The notes under the pieces were generated by a model. The model worked only from the letters and a program-made list of their open reading frames with translations, did no database searches and was not told the DNA's origin. This document shows, piece by piece, positions 1-14,708 of a DNA stretch of 64,000 nt. Numbering within the stretch: the stretch's first letter is position 1; each line of letters starts with the position of its first letter. The stretch is from Octopus bimaculoides (lineage: Eukaryota). The DNA lies in NCBI RefSeq assembly GCF_001194135.2, contig NC_068999.1, forward strand, positions 13,364,328 through 13,428,327. Direction: 5' to 3'. Position numbers and translations under genes: made by a program.

Positions 1-2534
1 TATATATAAACTTTCTATTTAGTTCGTTCATATAAATAGATCATGGCTATCTCTCAAATATACCTTTCTTAACTTTATAATAATGCCTGCAATAAAATCG
101 GTGGTAGAATGGGGTATCGACTTGTTCGATTATGGCAAGTACCTTTGTTTTTAATAAAGAGTTCGACTAATCCTCTCAGACTGCTATTTTGTATAATTAC
201 TAGGAAAGTTATTATTATTTGGTAGAAACAAATCCGTGCTCGCTGTGCATTAAGAGATAGCGTGATTAAATACGAGTTCTATAATTATTATTTGGTGACG
301 TTTCTGATCGCACGTATATTGTTAAATATATTTCTGCATAAGAACGTACCATATTCTTCTATATTCTTCTGTTGTCTGTAGATGTAAGTAGCGAGCAATT
401 TATTTAGGCCGCAATGTATTTGAGATTAAATTTAGGAATGATGACATCTGTATATAAAGTATGGAAGTCTCGAGGTAGTATCAAATTAGTAAATTAAATT
501 ATCGCTGAATTCCGACTTGGGTTTAACATCAGGAATTCGAAATAGCATGTTAATTGTCGGTTAATAATCCAAGTTGAGCAGTTAAATTAACGGCTGTACA
601 CTTCGTAGAAATTAAAATTAAAAGCGCCCTTCATGTTACAACGCAGTACATTACAGAATTTAACATCAGGAAATATATTAGATTATGTTATTGCATAACA
701 ATCGGCATTATATAATGATGTGGACTGAGATTCAGAGAGAAGACATATATCTACACATATATGNNNNNNNNNNNNNNNNNNNNNNNNNNNNNNNNNNNNN
801 NNNNNNNNNNNNNNNNNNNNNNNNNNNNNNNNNNNNNNNNNNNNNNNNNNNNNNNNNNNNNNNNNNNNNNNNNNNNNNNNNNNNNNNNNNNNNNNNNNNN
901 NNNNNNNNNNNNNNNNNNNNNNNNNNNNNNNNNNNNNNNNNNNNNNNNNNNNNNNNNNNNNNNNNNNNNNNNNNNNNNNNNNNNNNNNNNNNNNNNNNNN
1001 NNNNNNNNNNNNNNNNNNNNNNNNNNNNNNNNNNNNNNNNNNNNNNNNNNNNNNNNNNNNNNNNNNNNNNNNNNNNNNNNNNNNNNNNNNNNNNNNNNNN
1101 NNNNNNNNNNNNNNNNNNNNNNNNNNNNNNNNNNNNNNNNNNNNNNNNNNNNNNNNNNNNNNNNNNNNNNNNNNNNNNNNNNNNNNNNNNNNNNNNNNNN
1201 NNNNNNNNNNNNNNNNNNNNNNNNNNNNNNNNNNNNNNNNNNNNNNNNNNNNNNNNNNNNNNNNNNNNNNNNNNNNNNNNNNNNNNNNNNNNNNNNNNNN
1301 NNNNNNNNNNNNNNNNNNNNNNNNNNNNNNNNNNNNNNNNNNNNNNNNNNNNNNNNNNNNNNNNNNNNNNNNNNNNNNNNNNNNNNNNNNNNNNNNNNNN
1401 NNNNNNNNNNNNNNNNNNNNNNNNNNNNNNNNNNNNNNNNNNNNNNNNNNNNNNNNNNNNNNNNNNNNNNNNNNNNNNNNNNNNNNNNNNNNNNNNNNNN
1501 NNNNNNNNNNNNNNNNNNNNNNNNNNNNNNNNNNNNNNNNNNNNNNNNNNNNNNNNNNNNNNNNNNNNNNNNNNNNNNNNNNNNNNNNNNNNNNNNNNNN
1601 NNNNNNNNNNNNNNNNNNNNNNNNNNNNNNNNNNNNNNNNNNNNNNNNNNNNNNNNNNNNNNNNNNNNNNNNNNNNNNNNNNNNNNNNNNNNNNNNNNNN
1701 NNNNNNNNNNNNNNNNNNNNNNNNNNNNNNNNNNNNNNNNNNNNATATATATATTAGTATTAATTGTTTCCCCTATGCATTTTATTACATGCTGGCCGCT
1801 TGATAAAACCTTTATAATGATATCATTCTTAATTATGTATACATGCATATATAATTCCATGCCACAAGAATTAACACCGATTTTTCAGAGGTATGGTTGA
1901 AAGACCTAAGTAAATGAGGATTGTGCCTTACCACTGCACAAGAAGGAATGCCTGTTAAACTGGTATCAGGATTTCAAATTTAGCATCGAATACAGTCGAT
2001 TCTCTTCAATCAGATCTACTCGTAGTTAGTTCGTATTGAATTTATTTTCTTAGTATTTGATTTATATAAACATTTATACGATAGCAGCATTAAATTATAT
2101 GCGTAGAAATGGATTTACATGAGTGTTAAAAAAGAAGTTTCAATTTCAGTTAAAGTTATAGTGAACTTCATATCGTCACTTTAATCCTTGCTGCCTACTC
2201 ATCACAGGAATTGTAAAAGGAAATCAACGTAAAAATAGGAAAACGTGTGAAATAGATAAGATTGAAGCAATGGACATCAGCAGAAGGTTTAATGATTGCT
2301 ATCTTTATATGGAGATCAACAGAAAACAGTGATGAGGAGAAAACAATAGTGCACTTGTATATAGTAATCATTCGACTATCACTGGTGTTACGTTCCACCC
2401 TAACCCGCGATAGGTGTGAAAACCCGCGCAGTAGAAACTGTACGCTATGTATCTAAAATTATTTTAATAACTTCTGTATATTCATTTAATTATAAATGTA
2501 AAACAACATCGATGTAAGCTTAAATATTATGTTC

Positions 2535-2710
2535 TATTCTAGGTACAAGGCACGCAAATTTTGTGGAGCGAGCCAGTTAATTAGATTGATGAAAATATAA
2601 AAGGTAAAGTCGACATCGGCGGAATTTGAACTCAGAACGTAAAGACAGACGAATTACCGCTAAGCATTTCGCCCGGCGTGCCAACCTTTCTCTCAGCTCA
2701 ACGCCTTGAA
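2535..2710 (-). mobile_element. tRNA-derived SINE, family A (octopus-type)
   Basis: Plus strand ...ggcggaatttgaactcagaacgtaaagacagacgaattaccgctaagcatttcgcccggcgtgc...; the reverse complement has a B-box-like GAGTTCAAATTCC. The same motif recurs six more times in the window. Confidence 0.75.
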
Positions 2711-3103
2711 ATAAGCTTTAATATTTAACCAAAATAAGTGAACCCCTATATGGCGAGGGATTACTATGTTCACATATTCCTTCATATACCGATAAACAAT
2801 AATGATAAATAAGCCAAGTGATACTCTATCTAAGTTTGCCATGTAGATTACTTCCAAAACGATATTTCTATATTCTGTCGCGTATAAGCGTATACACACA
2901 AGCGAATATACGTATATACATATTTGAACGTATATTCTTAAGGTCGGTCGACACGGTAGTTTCTCTTTCGAATATTTAGTATGCCAAGTAGCCGTTTACA
3001 ATCTCCCTCTGCATTCCCTTGTTACACAATAAAAACATAAAAACATCCTTTCAGTCATACACACATGCGTCTATCTGTGTGTGTTTTGAATGCATGTTTC
3101 TTG

Positions 3104-3105
3104 TC

Positions 3106-3163
<58 letters not shown>
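3104..3163. repeat. (CT)n microsatellite running into an assembly gap
   Basis: Directly visible; N-run 3164-4085 follows. Confidence 0.95.
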
Positions 3164-5369
3164 NNNNNNNNNNNNNNNNNNNNNNNNNNNNNNNNNNNNN
3201 NNNNNNNNNNNNNNNNNNNNNNNNNNNNNNNNNNNNNNNNNNNNNNNNNNNNNNNNNNNNNNNNNNNNNNNNNNNNNNNNNNNNNNNNNNNNNNNNNNNN
3301 NNNNNNNNNNNNNNNNNNNNNNNNNNNNNNNNNNNNNNNNNNNNNNNNNNNNNNNNNNNNNNNNNNNNNNNNNNNNNNNNNNNNNNNNNNNNNNNNNNNN
3401 NNNNNNNNNNNNNNNNNNNNNNNNNNNNNNNNNNNNNNNNNNNNNNNNNNNNNNNNNNNNNNNNNNNNNNNNNNNNNNNNNNNNNNNNNNNNNNNNNNNN
3501 NNNNNNNNNNNNNNNNNNNNNNNNNNNNNNNNNNNNNNNNNNNNNNNNNNNNNNNNNNNNNNNNNNNNNNNNNNNNNNNNNNNNNNNNNNNNNNNNNNNN
3601 NNNNNNNNNNNNNNNNNNNNNNNNNNNNNNNNNNNNNNNNNNNNNNNNNNNNNNNNNNNNNNNNNNNNNNNNNNNNNNNNNNNNNNNNNNNNNNNNNNNN
3701 NNNNNNNNNNNNNNNNNNNNNNNNNNNNNNNNNNNNNNNNNNNNNNNNNNNNNNNNNNNNNNNNNNNNNNNNNNNNNNNNNNNNNNNNNNNNNNNNNNNN
3801 NNNNNNNNNNNNNNNNNNNNNNNNNNNNNNNNNNNNNNNNNNNNNNNNNNNNNNNNNNNNNNNNNNNNNNNNNNNNNNNNNNNNNNNNNNNNNNNNNNNN
3901 NNNNNNNNNNNNNNNNNNNNNNNNNNNNNNNNNNNNNNNNNNNNNNNNNNNNNNNNNNNNNNNNNNNNNNNNNNNNNNNNNNNNNNNNNNNNNNNNNNNN
4001 NNNNNNNNNNNNNNNNNNNNNNNNNNNNNNNNNNNNNNNNNNNNNNNNNNNNNNNNNNNNNNNNNNNNNNNNNNNNNNNNNNNNNACACACTTGTATTAG
4101 GATGCATACAAATATAGATATGCTAGACAATAGATTGCTCTGCGATCACCATAAGTTACAAATGTAGCACAAGTTGAAACAATTATATAGGAACATACTA
4201 CAATGAATGCCGTAGCAATTGCAATAAAACACAATTTGTATCTGAATATTAATTGTTTTAGACATTTCGAGAGTGAAAATGATCCAACCTTTGATAACGT
4301 AATTATAATCTTTTTTCTCATAATATCCACTATCTTATTTTTGAATGGAATGGTTATTTTTATTGTTTCACAAAATTGGGATAATGAAAAATATATTTCA
4401 AACTTCAGAATGATATCACCAATTTCACATCTTACTTAATACATATTCATTATTTATGGTCTTAATAACCAAATATAATACATCTATGACCGGGTCATAT
4501 CTAGTAGGTTTTATTATTCACTGCATTCCATAATTTGACTAATCACATGTAAGCTGGTTCATAGTATACCTCGAAATATCAGTTTCAAAATCATTGCTAG
4601 TTATCTTTTCAAATTTCAGACAATTAAAATGTACATAGGTAAATCTCAGATACTGAGGTAAAATTATGATATTTCCTATTCGTATGTATAAACAATATCT
4701 ATATGTATACATCTGGCTCATTACATCATCGCCTCATATCCCATTTTGTATCTTCAGTTTGAATGCTTCATCGGCGTAGTTGTGATAACAATGACAAGCG
4801 GAACGTTTCAGAGTAAATGGTATGAAATATTCCAGATTAACAATGACGTTCAGATTTACGTGATTCTCATCTGTTTTCAAATTTGTGTATTGTCAGCAGG
4901 TTTAAAGAAAACTGCATGGAAATACCCAACTACTGTTACAGTGGCACATCATTTCTTTTATCTCATTTATAGTTATATTATGTCACTTGATGCCTTTAAT
5001 TTGTTTCTTGCACAACATTGTAGTAATCAGAAGAGGAAAGAAATGTTGAAAGAAAACTTATTCCTTATCTGCTTTCAAGATAAAGCAACATTTATTAATG
5101 TCGAAGCTTCTCTGTTGCCTTCATAATTAACATAGAGATGTCATTAATTATATGATGAACAGAATCAGCAATACGTCCATATTGTCACATGATGTGTGGT
5201 TGTGTGTATATCCTAATGATCAGAAACAATTTCTTTGTAATATAACTATCATAATTGTGTTTCTTCAAAAGTGCAACGCATGATAATCGAATATATATAT
5301 ATATATATATATATATATGGTGGGGTTCTGTCTGTGGGTTTGCTTGTGGAGTTGTTAGCTAAATCATCC

Positions 5370-5438
5370 TTCTTCTTCTTCTTCTTCTTCTTCTTCTTCT
5401 TCTTCTTCTTCTTCTTCTTCTTCTTCTTCTTCTTCTTC
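5370..5438. repeat. (TTC)23 microsatellite
   Basis: Uninterrupted TTC run; explains the poly-K and poly-F ORFs. Confidence 0.95.
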
Positions 5439-7182
5439 GTTTTCTGCGTGTTCATCCTTGCTTCTTTTTCTTTTCTTTTATATCATTTTTTAAAAATTAT
5501 TGTTTAACCTAATTATGTTTTTACCAAGGAGATACTATTTCCCTTTTGGTCAAACTGATGTGCATATCTTGAATATTCTAACGAGATACTAAAGATCGTG
5601 CAGATTTTGCTGTTGTCCAGAATATACTACAGCTTCGCAACCTTAATCTAATACATGATAAAGGTATCAATTTTCTTGAAATTTTGAAAACCCATATCCC
5701 AAAGAACGGTCGTATTTCTGTAGCAACTATTCTGTATTTGTAGGATGAATGCATGATTTTGTAACTTATTTGATCTTACAACAGATCCATAATTTTTTGT
5801 GCAGATTATCTTTGCCTTATTAGGAAATATTAAGGCTTCGCTATTTTCAAGGACACAGAACCAATGTAATCCTTAGATCCTTTTTACATACATCACATGC
5901 TGGAGAGGAAACCTGTTTTACATTTCAGATGTAACAAATAACAATCACTCCAGCTAAATGATGTAGTGGTATTCTAAGAAAATAAATGTTATAAATAGGT
6001 CCCCAAAATATTTTTTTGAGGTTTGAGGCACGAACCTTGCCATGATATCCAAACACAAGGTTTCATTTTCTGCTGAAGATTGTAGTCACTTCATATTGCC
6101 TATGATTGTTATGATCCTTTGCATTTGGTGTATGTCTCATACTCCTAATTCTTACCGCATATCCATATCTACAATCGGGCGATATATCTTATACTTTGTA
6201 TTCTGCAGTATATTTCTACTCATATTTCCAAGTCTTTTCATGTAGTTTAATATGCAATTGACAGTTGTGAAGCTGCATCAATAAACAGATTGTAATTTGT
6301 AAAATAACTTTTAAGATACCTTCTGGTATTATCTGCACTCGGATATATGCTCATGAAATTAAGGTGATTCACATAATACCAAACAAAATATGGACAAAGT
6401 ATGTTTAATCTTACATTGTAATTTGGATTAACAAACATAAATAAAGTTCTAAACTTGATGGTTAAATGCTATAATATCTCACAATAAAACATAAGCCACA
6501 CCATCATACACACGCAAATACACATACACACAAATGCAAATGCACGCATTCGCACTATATATATGAGTTTGTGTGTGAGCTCTTGTCTGATTGTATATGT
6601 ATGAGTGTGCCAGTTTGTGCGATGTATATAACTATACATATGTAGGTTTGATGCAAATATACATATACACACGTATGCAAGGCCATCTACAAATCAATAG
6701 CGAACACAAAACCATTACTATTAATGTATGTGTGTGTTTGTGCATCCACGTGTATGTGTATTTGTGCGTACACGTGTGCGCGCTTATGTGATAATAGCGA
6801 ACAGAAAACATTACTATATATCTATGTGTGTGTTTGTACGTACACGTGTGTCCTTATGTGATATGTATGTGTGTGTGTGTGTGAGTGGGTGTGTGTGCGT
6901 GTATGTGTGTGTGTGCGTGTGTGTGTGTGTGTGTGATTATATTTATTTTACGTATGTAAGTATATATACACTCAAACAAGGAGAAAGAGGAAGATAGCGA
7001 TAGACTTATACAAGCAGTGCTTATATGAACAACAGCCAATATGAAATAGCAGCAATATTTTCATGTAGACAAAATGCTCATAATAAAGTAATATTTGAGA
7101 GATTTTGTCACAGTTAGAGGTATCAACATTGTATATACTAAAACTGGGAAATGGTATTCAATTGTTTTTCATCATATTTCAG

Positions 7183-7250
7183 GATCCGTTTTTTGGTGTC
7201 TCTTTTATTTTTCGTCTTACATTAAAGCCTGGCACTTATAGAATATATAG
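7183..7250 (+). CDS. Candidate internal coding exon (DPFFGVSFIFRLTLKPGTYRIY), product unknown
   Basis: Acceptor ttgtttttcatcatatttcag, donor ag|gtaaac; of the three frames only frame 0 is open across the 68 nt. No homologue recognised. Confidence 0.25.
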
Positions 7251-7648
7251 GTAAACTGAAAATATTAAACTACAATCAGCCGCACATGGTTTTGCATATA
7301 TATATATTTGTAAAGTAGCCATTGATACGAAAATGTTGTTCATGATTCTTTATGTTCCGAAGATTATAAGAGACGTACTTTTCGCTGTTTATTGTAATAT
7401 TCCAGCAATCGTGTCTTTGATTCTGTTAGTGAGATTTATTACTAATGCAAACGACCTTCCACGTAGTCTTGTGCTCCCTCGTATTCTGTCACTCAAATAT
7501 GTTTGCGAATGTGTGCGTGTGAGTGTGTGTGTGTGTGTGTACGCGTGTGTGTGTACGCGTGTGCGTGTATGTCTGAATGAGTTAATATATATATATATAC
7601 ACACACACACACATACATGTATATATATATTTATACTTATATATATTT

Positions 7649-7681
<33 letters not shown>

Positions 7682-8929
7682 NNNNNNNNNNNNNNNNNNN
7701 NNNNNNNNNNNNNNNNNNNNNNNNNNNNNNNNNNNNNNNNNNNNNNNNNNNNNNNNNNNNNNNNNNNNNNNNNNNNNNNNNNNNNNNNNNNNNNNNNNNN
7801 NNNNNNNNNNNNNNNNNNNNNNNNNNNNNNNNNNNNNNNNNNNNNNNNNNNNNNNNNNNNNNNNNNNNNNNNNNNNNNNNNNNNNNNNNNNNNNNNNNNN
7901 NNNNNNNNNNNNNNNNNNNNNNNNNNNNNNNNNNNNNNNNNNNNNNNNNNNNNNNNNNNNNNNNNNNNNNNNNNNNNNNNNNNNNNNNNNNNNNNNNNNN
8001 NNNNNNNNNNNNNNNNNNNNNNNNNNNNNNNNNNNNNNNNNNNNNNNNNNNNNNNNNNNNNNNNNNNNNNNNNNNNNNNNNNNNNNNNNNNNNNNNNNNN
8101 NNNNNNNNNNNNNNNNNNNNNNNNNNNNNNNNNNNNNNNNNTATATATATATTTGTATGTATGTATGTATGTATGTATGTATGTATGTGTGTGTGCGTGT
8201 GCATGTGTGTGTGTGTGTGCCTGTCTGTGCGTGTGTTTCTGTGAGTGTGTCTATATATTGGGAGCGAGACCGAGATAGAACAGCAAACGAATATTTAGGT
8301 ACATAAACACATGCTTTGGCATATTTATGTGAAGAAATTCGTGCTACTGCACAAAATGTACGAGTATGTATTTGGGCATGTATATCTCTACACGTGTATC
8401 TAATGATATGTGTGTATGTGTTTATTTAGTTGTGTATACTAAATGTCTACGTATAGAATATACAAAAGGCATTATTACAGTTTAGTGTCTCTAAAGTAAG
8501 CATTCTTTTGTTTGAATTTCAAAGCCTTCCCTTCTACCATTGAGGTATCTTATCAGTTATCCTAAACTATTATGTTTCCATAAAACTTTACAGCAAGAAA
8601 ACAGACTTTCTTCGAGAAATAATGGCCAAATCATATTCACGCGGCTTTAGACGTTATGTTTGAAATGCGTTTGAAATTAAATAAAGCGAAGAGTTCAATG
8701 TTATCTTTGTTTAATTGTTTGCACAATTGAAACCCCGGCGGCGGTAAATCGTTAAAACTTGCTTTTACATAAGCTGTGAGTTCCCAAGGAAAACGGATGT
8801 GCATTTTTCGATCACCTGTACAGACTTATGCAGTCATACACGCATATAAATACGCGTGTATAGTAAGTCATTTATATTATTTTTATCATTATCATCATCA
8901 TCATCATCATCATCATTATTATTATTATT

Positions 8930-9400
8930 GAACACATGCCGTCAAAATGACACAGGGGTACAATTATACGAAGCCCAATATAACCACCATGACTACCAGT
9001 TTGATAAGGGAACTTGCGGCTATGATCCACGAACATGGATCATAGCCATATGTGCGCGACATGGTGATCTTATATCAAGATAAGCAGTGCATGAACTTGC
9101 AGGTGGACCCAGTTAGAATTTTCTACAGGTTGAGTAACCCACCCCGATCAAAATGTCCCTGAATAAGATTTGTTTAAGGAAAATGAACGCGAATACAATG
9201 CTTCCAGAGGTGAATTATTCAAATCCTAAAGAATTCCCCTCAACACATGGCTATGATGCTTCCCAACTACTACAGCTCGTGATCAGAAAACACATAACGT
9301 GACCCACCAAGAGACATTCTCAACTAGTCATGGTAAAAGAATTGACAAGCAAATTTGTGGTATTTAGCAGGAGTAAATTACGTGCATGATAAAACTTCCA
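8930..9400 (-). mobile_element. Non-coding retroposon-like dispersed repeat with (AAT)n/(GAT)n tail
   Basis: GC-richer island; on the minus strand it ends ...gacggcatgtgttc followed by aataataat...gatgatgat. It resembles an abundant octopus repeat as I remember it; family not assigned. Confidence 0.45.
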
Positions 9401-9459
9401 ATCAGTTAAGATCAGAAACCATGAGAGCCACTGTTTAATATAGCATGAAGGTAATGCCA

Positions 9460-9543
9460 GTATTATTGTTGCTGTTGTTGTTAATATTATTGTAATTGTT
9501 GTTAATATCATTCTTATTGTTGTTATTATTATTATTATTATTA

Positions 9544-9578
<35 letters not shown>

Positions 9579-9628
9579 AATAATATTATTATTATTATTA
9601 TTAATATTATCATTAATATTATCATTAA

Positions 9629-9704
<76 letters not shown>

Positions 9705-9766
9705 AATATTATTATTATTATTATTATTAATATTATCATTAATATTATTATTATTATTATTATTAC

Positions 9767-9801
<35 letters not shown>
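9460..9801. repeat. Compound (ATT)n/(GTT)n microsatellite
   Basis: Directly visible; produces the poly-I, poly-N and poly-L ORFs. Confidence 0.95.
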
Positions 9802-9802
<1 letters not shown>

Positions 9803-10167
9803 GGCTCATTAGTTTGTTTTTTTTTATAACGTGTTTTCACTTCACTNNNNNNNNNNNNNNNNNNNNNGTGTGCAGTGCCCAGTAGTGCAATTTTCTGTAT
9901 GTTATATATATTTGTAAGTCCTGGTGTTTTTCTTATGTATTTGTCTGAATATTTTTTTAATTATACCTAAGGCACCTATTATGATAGGAATTGTCTCTGT
10001 TTTTAGATGAAGGAAACGTTGTCATCTGCTGGTATTGATACATCAAATAGAAAGCATTTTATTCTTCATCATCTTTGATATCTATATCTGGTTTATTTGC
10101 CTTAATTCTCTATCTGTGTGTATTGGCATATCCTAGAGTACGGTTGCTTTCTCGTTTTCTATGACCT

Positions 10168-10175
10168 TATTATTA

Positions 10176-10217
<42 letters not shown>

Positions 10218-10268
10218 CTATTATTACTATTATTATTATCATTATTATTGTTATTATTATTATTATTA
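10168..10268. repeat. (ATT/ATC)n microsatellite
   Basis: Directly visible. Confidence 0.9.
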
Positions 10269-11759
10269 CTGTATATTTACGCATTAACACGTATATGTCT
10301 TTTATATGACTGAATGTTTTGTGGAGTTCGCCCTATTAAACTTGAATATTTCGGATTGAAATAGAAAGCGGAAAGGAAAAAATATCTAATGTTACTGAAA
10401 GCGATAAAATACAAATATCTTGCATGCAATCATATAATTTTTGCAGCGGATAGACGTATCATTTCCTGGAAATAAAAAAAAAAAATGTAGATTCTTTAGA
10501 GGGAATTAAATTAACACTCTGAAATTGCTTCGATTGTTTGATACTCTTGTGATCTCAGTCGATCCATGGTAGATGTGTTAAGTTATACAAGAGCTAGCTT
10601 TCAATTTTTAGATTGCATGCGATCTTTATTTAATCATATACTTCTGGCTACAGACAACGTTTTTAGATAAGAATACATAGGAAATACTCGAGGCGTAATG
10701 ATCTGAATATATGTATAATTAAGACAATACTGTCATTAACTGAGGACAATTTACCTGCACAAAGTGTTCTCTTAAATATTTTCAGTTTTTTTGCCGAACT
10801 TGCGACACCGAATTATGATCAGCAAACTCATATCACAGCAACTCTTCTAACAAGTGTGATACAACTTTGTAAAATCTTACAAAAACAGAGATTCACTCAT
10901 ATTCGTACATATAATACCGAAACAAAATAGTTAGATAAATAGATTAATATAATGTATACACTTGTGTGTATATAGACATGCAGGCAAACGTACATAAATG
11001 CATGCATGTATATACTCACAACCACTTATATGTGTGTCTCTGTGTGTGTGTTTTAGCTGTGTAAATAATAGCAAATATACTTGGATATATCGTATAACAC
11101 ATGTCCTTGTATCTCTTGGTTTGCCTATATATTTTCTGCGTATATAGGCAAATCAATCTGGCACAACGCGAGTACTGGTGTCCACGTAATTCAATATACT
11201 CCTCCCCCAATTTCAGGTCTTGTGCGTATAGTAGAAAGGAGTTTTAATCTATTCTTCATAGTATGTATCTGTTTTTTTTTCCTTAAATATGTGTATGACT
11301 GCAAATACAGATATAATTCATTTCAGTTCAATTTTATTTTCGCGTCGACCGATGTGTACCACTCCTATCTGTTAACAAGCAGTAATATATCACAACATAG
11401 TGGAACCAATCAATGCACACAAGTTGCCGTTTTCTATTGCTGCTAATCGCCAATTACTTATCTGTTTTTCCGTGGAAAACATTCAATCAGTAGGTATTGT
11501 TCTCATTTAGATAGATTTCTATAAAATGCCTCTAGTTGTGTTTGAATCTTGTGTATAAGTAAATTGTTCAATAAGATCATACGACTTTACTACACTCTTG
11601 AAATGAATGCCTGCGTAAAATTGTCATTTAAATAGGTATGTAATCCATGAAATGATATGCATTTTCCACCATTGATTACGTAACTGGATATTTATTAAAT
11701 TATTATAACATGATTTGATACGTGCATGAGCTGGCCGCTTCATAGAGAATGAGGTTTGT

Positions 11760-12900
11760 ATTAGGATAATTCAGAATTTATAGGAATCCTGGATTCTGTA
11801 ATTATTTAAACAAAACCAGGGGTTGAACATTTATATCATTTTTCATTATAATCACTTTGCGTTTCTATGTATTTCTTCCTGTGATACATAACTTTATCTA
11901 TTCCACCGGATAAAAGTTTTGGCTGGTTTTGCACCCATTTATACGCTGCGACCTGTACATATTCGTCAATAGGAAATAGACGTTCACCGAATAGATGTTT
12001 GAACGATCCAAGCAGGTGACTGTCTGAAATGGCATGATTTCGTCTCTATACATGTTCGTCCAGCAACCCGAAACCAAATTTTGAATTATTCCAACAGTAT
12101 TGGCTTTCATGTGTAGCCGTGGATTGTTGTGCAACAATAATACATGATTTCTGTGTAACTCTCGGTATTCGTTAAGTTTTTCCCGTTTGGCAGTATTTCA
12201 CTGTATCCCTACACTGGTGAGAATAAGCCCCTTTTGAAGTAAATTTTCCAGTATAAGCCATTTTGTATCCCAAACTTTTCTGCTGACATTTTAGTTTTAA
12301 ATTAGTTTTTGGCTGGCGATTGCGTGCGCTTCCTACCAACACCATGCTTTTGGGATTCTCACTCAATATTGCCAGTGACTTGTCACTGCAAAACGAACTT
12401 TACCTTCAGCGTTGTAGTAGACGAATAATCGTGGAGAGATATCCTAACTGTTGCACTTATGTGCTTCGGTAAGCTCTATTAGCACCAATCTCGCATTGAA
12501 TTTGCGGAAGCCAAGCTTGCCTTGGATGATTTCCCATACAGTGCCTTCCTGAATTTATGGAGAACATGATACGTCATTGGTGCACCAGAGCCATTTCTCA
12601 AGTGTTTCGAATATCCTCTTCTGTCGTAGAAGTCAGTGAGCTTCCTCTTCGTGTTTCTTGCATGTCCGCTTAGTTTTAATTTTCCTGATCCACCCAATAC
12701 ACACTTCGAGGAGTTAGAGCCCTGCCCCGCATTGTAGTGAAAGCATACGACAGATTTGAACCATTGACAAACGTTCGTAAATGTGAAACTGGAACATTGT
12801 TCCACGTCCTGCCAGCGGAATCATCCTATTTATTCTGTAATACATTGTATCTCTGTTTGCATGTGAGCTCTGAAGCAATTTTAAAGGAATATTTTGGAGA
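11760..12900 (-). mobile_element. Near full-length degenerate mariner transposase (pseudogene)
   Basis: Minus-strand frames give motifs in mariner order: IQEGTVWEIIQGKLGFRKFNARLVLIELTE (~WVPRLLT), VWDTKWLILENL, HVLLLHNN (~HDN), AISDSHLLGSFKHLFGERLFPIDEYVQVAAYKWVQNQPK (~LAPSDFHLF...), and C-terminal KYIETQSDYNEK*. Many stops and frameshifts. Confidence 0.85.
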
Positions 12901-14676
12901 AAGTATGTGTAATGTTTGTCTTACTTTCATAAATTTCGTTATGATGATGTCACACCGCAACGTCAGATATATCTGAATATTTCACCGGCTATTCTAACAA
13001 AATAATTTTGTTTTTTTGCTTTGCATGTATATTATTACATTTTACCTTAATGTTACGAAAATTTGTTCGGACATACTGGCAATAAGTTCACATACATAGT
13101 ATGACTTAGAACATCATGTTGATTACCATTAACCAGTCAGTTTCCACCATAGTATTTACTTAGCACCACTGTCCTTATGATTCTGACTAATTATGATATA
13201 CAGTGCCTATATAGGGGTGAAGTGAGACGAACACAATTTTAAATCATTAGTTCCTAGGTATGTTTCCCCATTGCAGAACATCTAGAGCCATTAATATATA
13301 TATATNNNNNNNNNNNNNNNNNNNNNNNNNNNNNNNNNNNNNNNNNNNNNNNNNNNNNNNNNNNNNNNNNNNNNNNNNNNNNNNNNNNNNNNNNNNNNNN
13401 NNNNNNNNNNNNNNNNNNNNNNNNNNNNNNNNNNNNNNNNNATATATATTTGATTAAATGTTTCCATTACGCATACACACGCACGCACACTTAATAAAAC
13501 ACGCACACATATACACAGAAACAGATGTGTATAAATATATTTGCCCGCTTTTTGTGTTTTATTTTCCTCAAATCGATTTGAATCTATTTCAATACTACAC
13601 AGCAAAAATGTATACCCTTCTACTCTAGATGTTGCCAGACTACTTTAATTTGATAAGGATATGCTTAACGTAAATGGACAGGTATATTTTGAGTGCAGAT
13701 GATAGAAAGAGTGGCTGGGAATCTGTTATACAAAATCGTTGTGTAATTAAATATGAAATTCATTCTTTGAATAGAAATACTTGCAGCTATATCATAAACG
13801 AAACGAAAACTATAAATAAGATTTTGTACGAATTTGCATTCAATTAGGTGTAACATGCATGTAAGACACACTACGAAAATAATATAGATTGTGATAGATC
13901 TGCACCAGAAATGAGTTGAACATTTCATGAAAGCTAACTAATGCAATTCATTCCAGTGAATATATGTTCGGTGAAGAAATGTTGGTTATTAGCCAGTCGA
14001 TTAGATTTCATGATGTTCCAAAACATATTTTTATATATGACAATGCTATTTTAATAGTGCTTGCGACATGTGATGCACAGTGTTTGTGAAATGTCTAATT
14101 CCTAGTGACACATACGAAATATTTATAACGTTTTTGAAGAGCATCTATTGCTGTGCTGAAGTCACCTGGATGAAAAAGGTGAATATAAGATCTAGAATGA
14201 AGTCCGTTAATCACCAATCTAGAAGTGAGAAATAAAAACAAATATACAATTACCAACCAGGACGTTGATATGAAATTTAAATGTGAAATTCTTTCCTTTT
14301 ATGTATTTCGATGAAGCTAAAATTAGCAACAATTTAAGAAGAAAGTATGCAACAACAATAGTATGTTAATCATTGCAACAATTTCTTAACACAGTTATGG
14401 ATGTGATCCAGTTCGACATCAGAAGCAAATCTCAATAGAAAAGACATCATAGAAGTAAGTCATTTCTCTGATAAATCCGTCAGGAGGTTTTATAGTTATA
14501 GGTTGTATGTGGATATATCACAAAATCTAAGACAGGTGAGAAAGGTTTGGATGTCGCCCAACCCAAACATTATCATTTCCACTTCCTATTTCTTAGAGAA
14601 AAGCACAAATAAGCCCGTTGTATCACGTCATCGTTCCTTATTCTGAAGAAATACGTTTGCTGGTGTATATAAATAC

Positions 14677-14708
<32 letters not shown>

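Noticed and set aside
355-389. Strong acceptor followed by AT and GTAAGT (2-nt exon or recursive splice site)
   Set aside because: Recursive sites are AG|GT with no spacer, and a 2-nt exon is implausible without read support.
4485-4499. Palindrome tatgacc-g-ggtcata (nuclear-receptor half-site-like)
   Set aside because: A single short palindrome, expected by chance.
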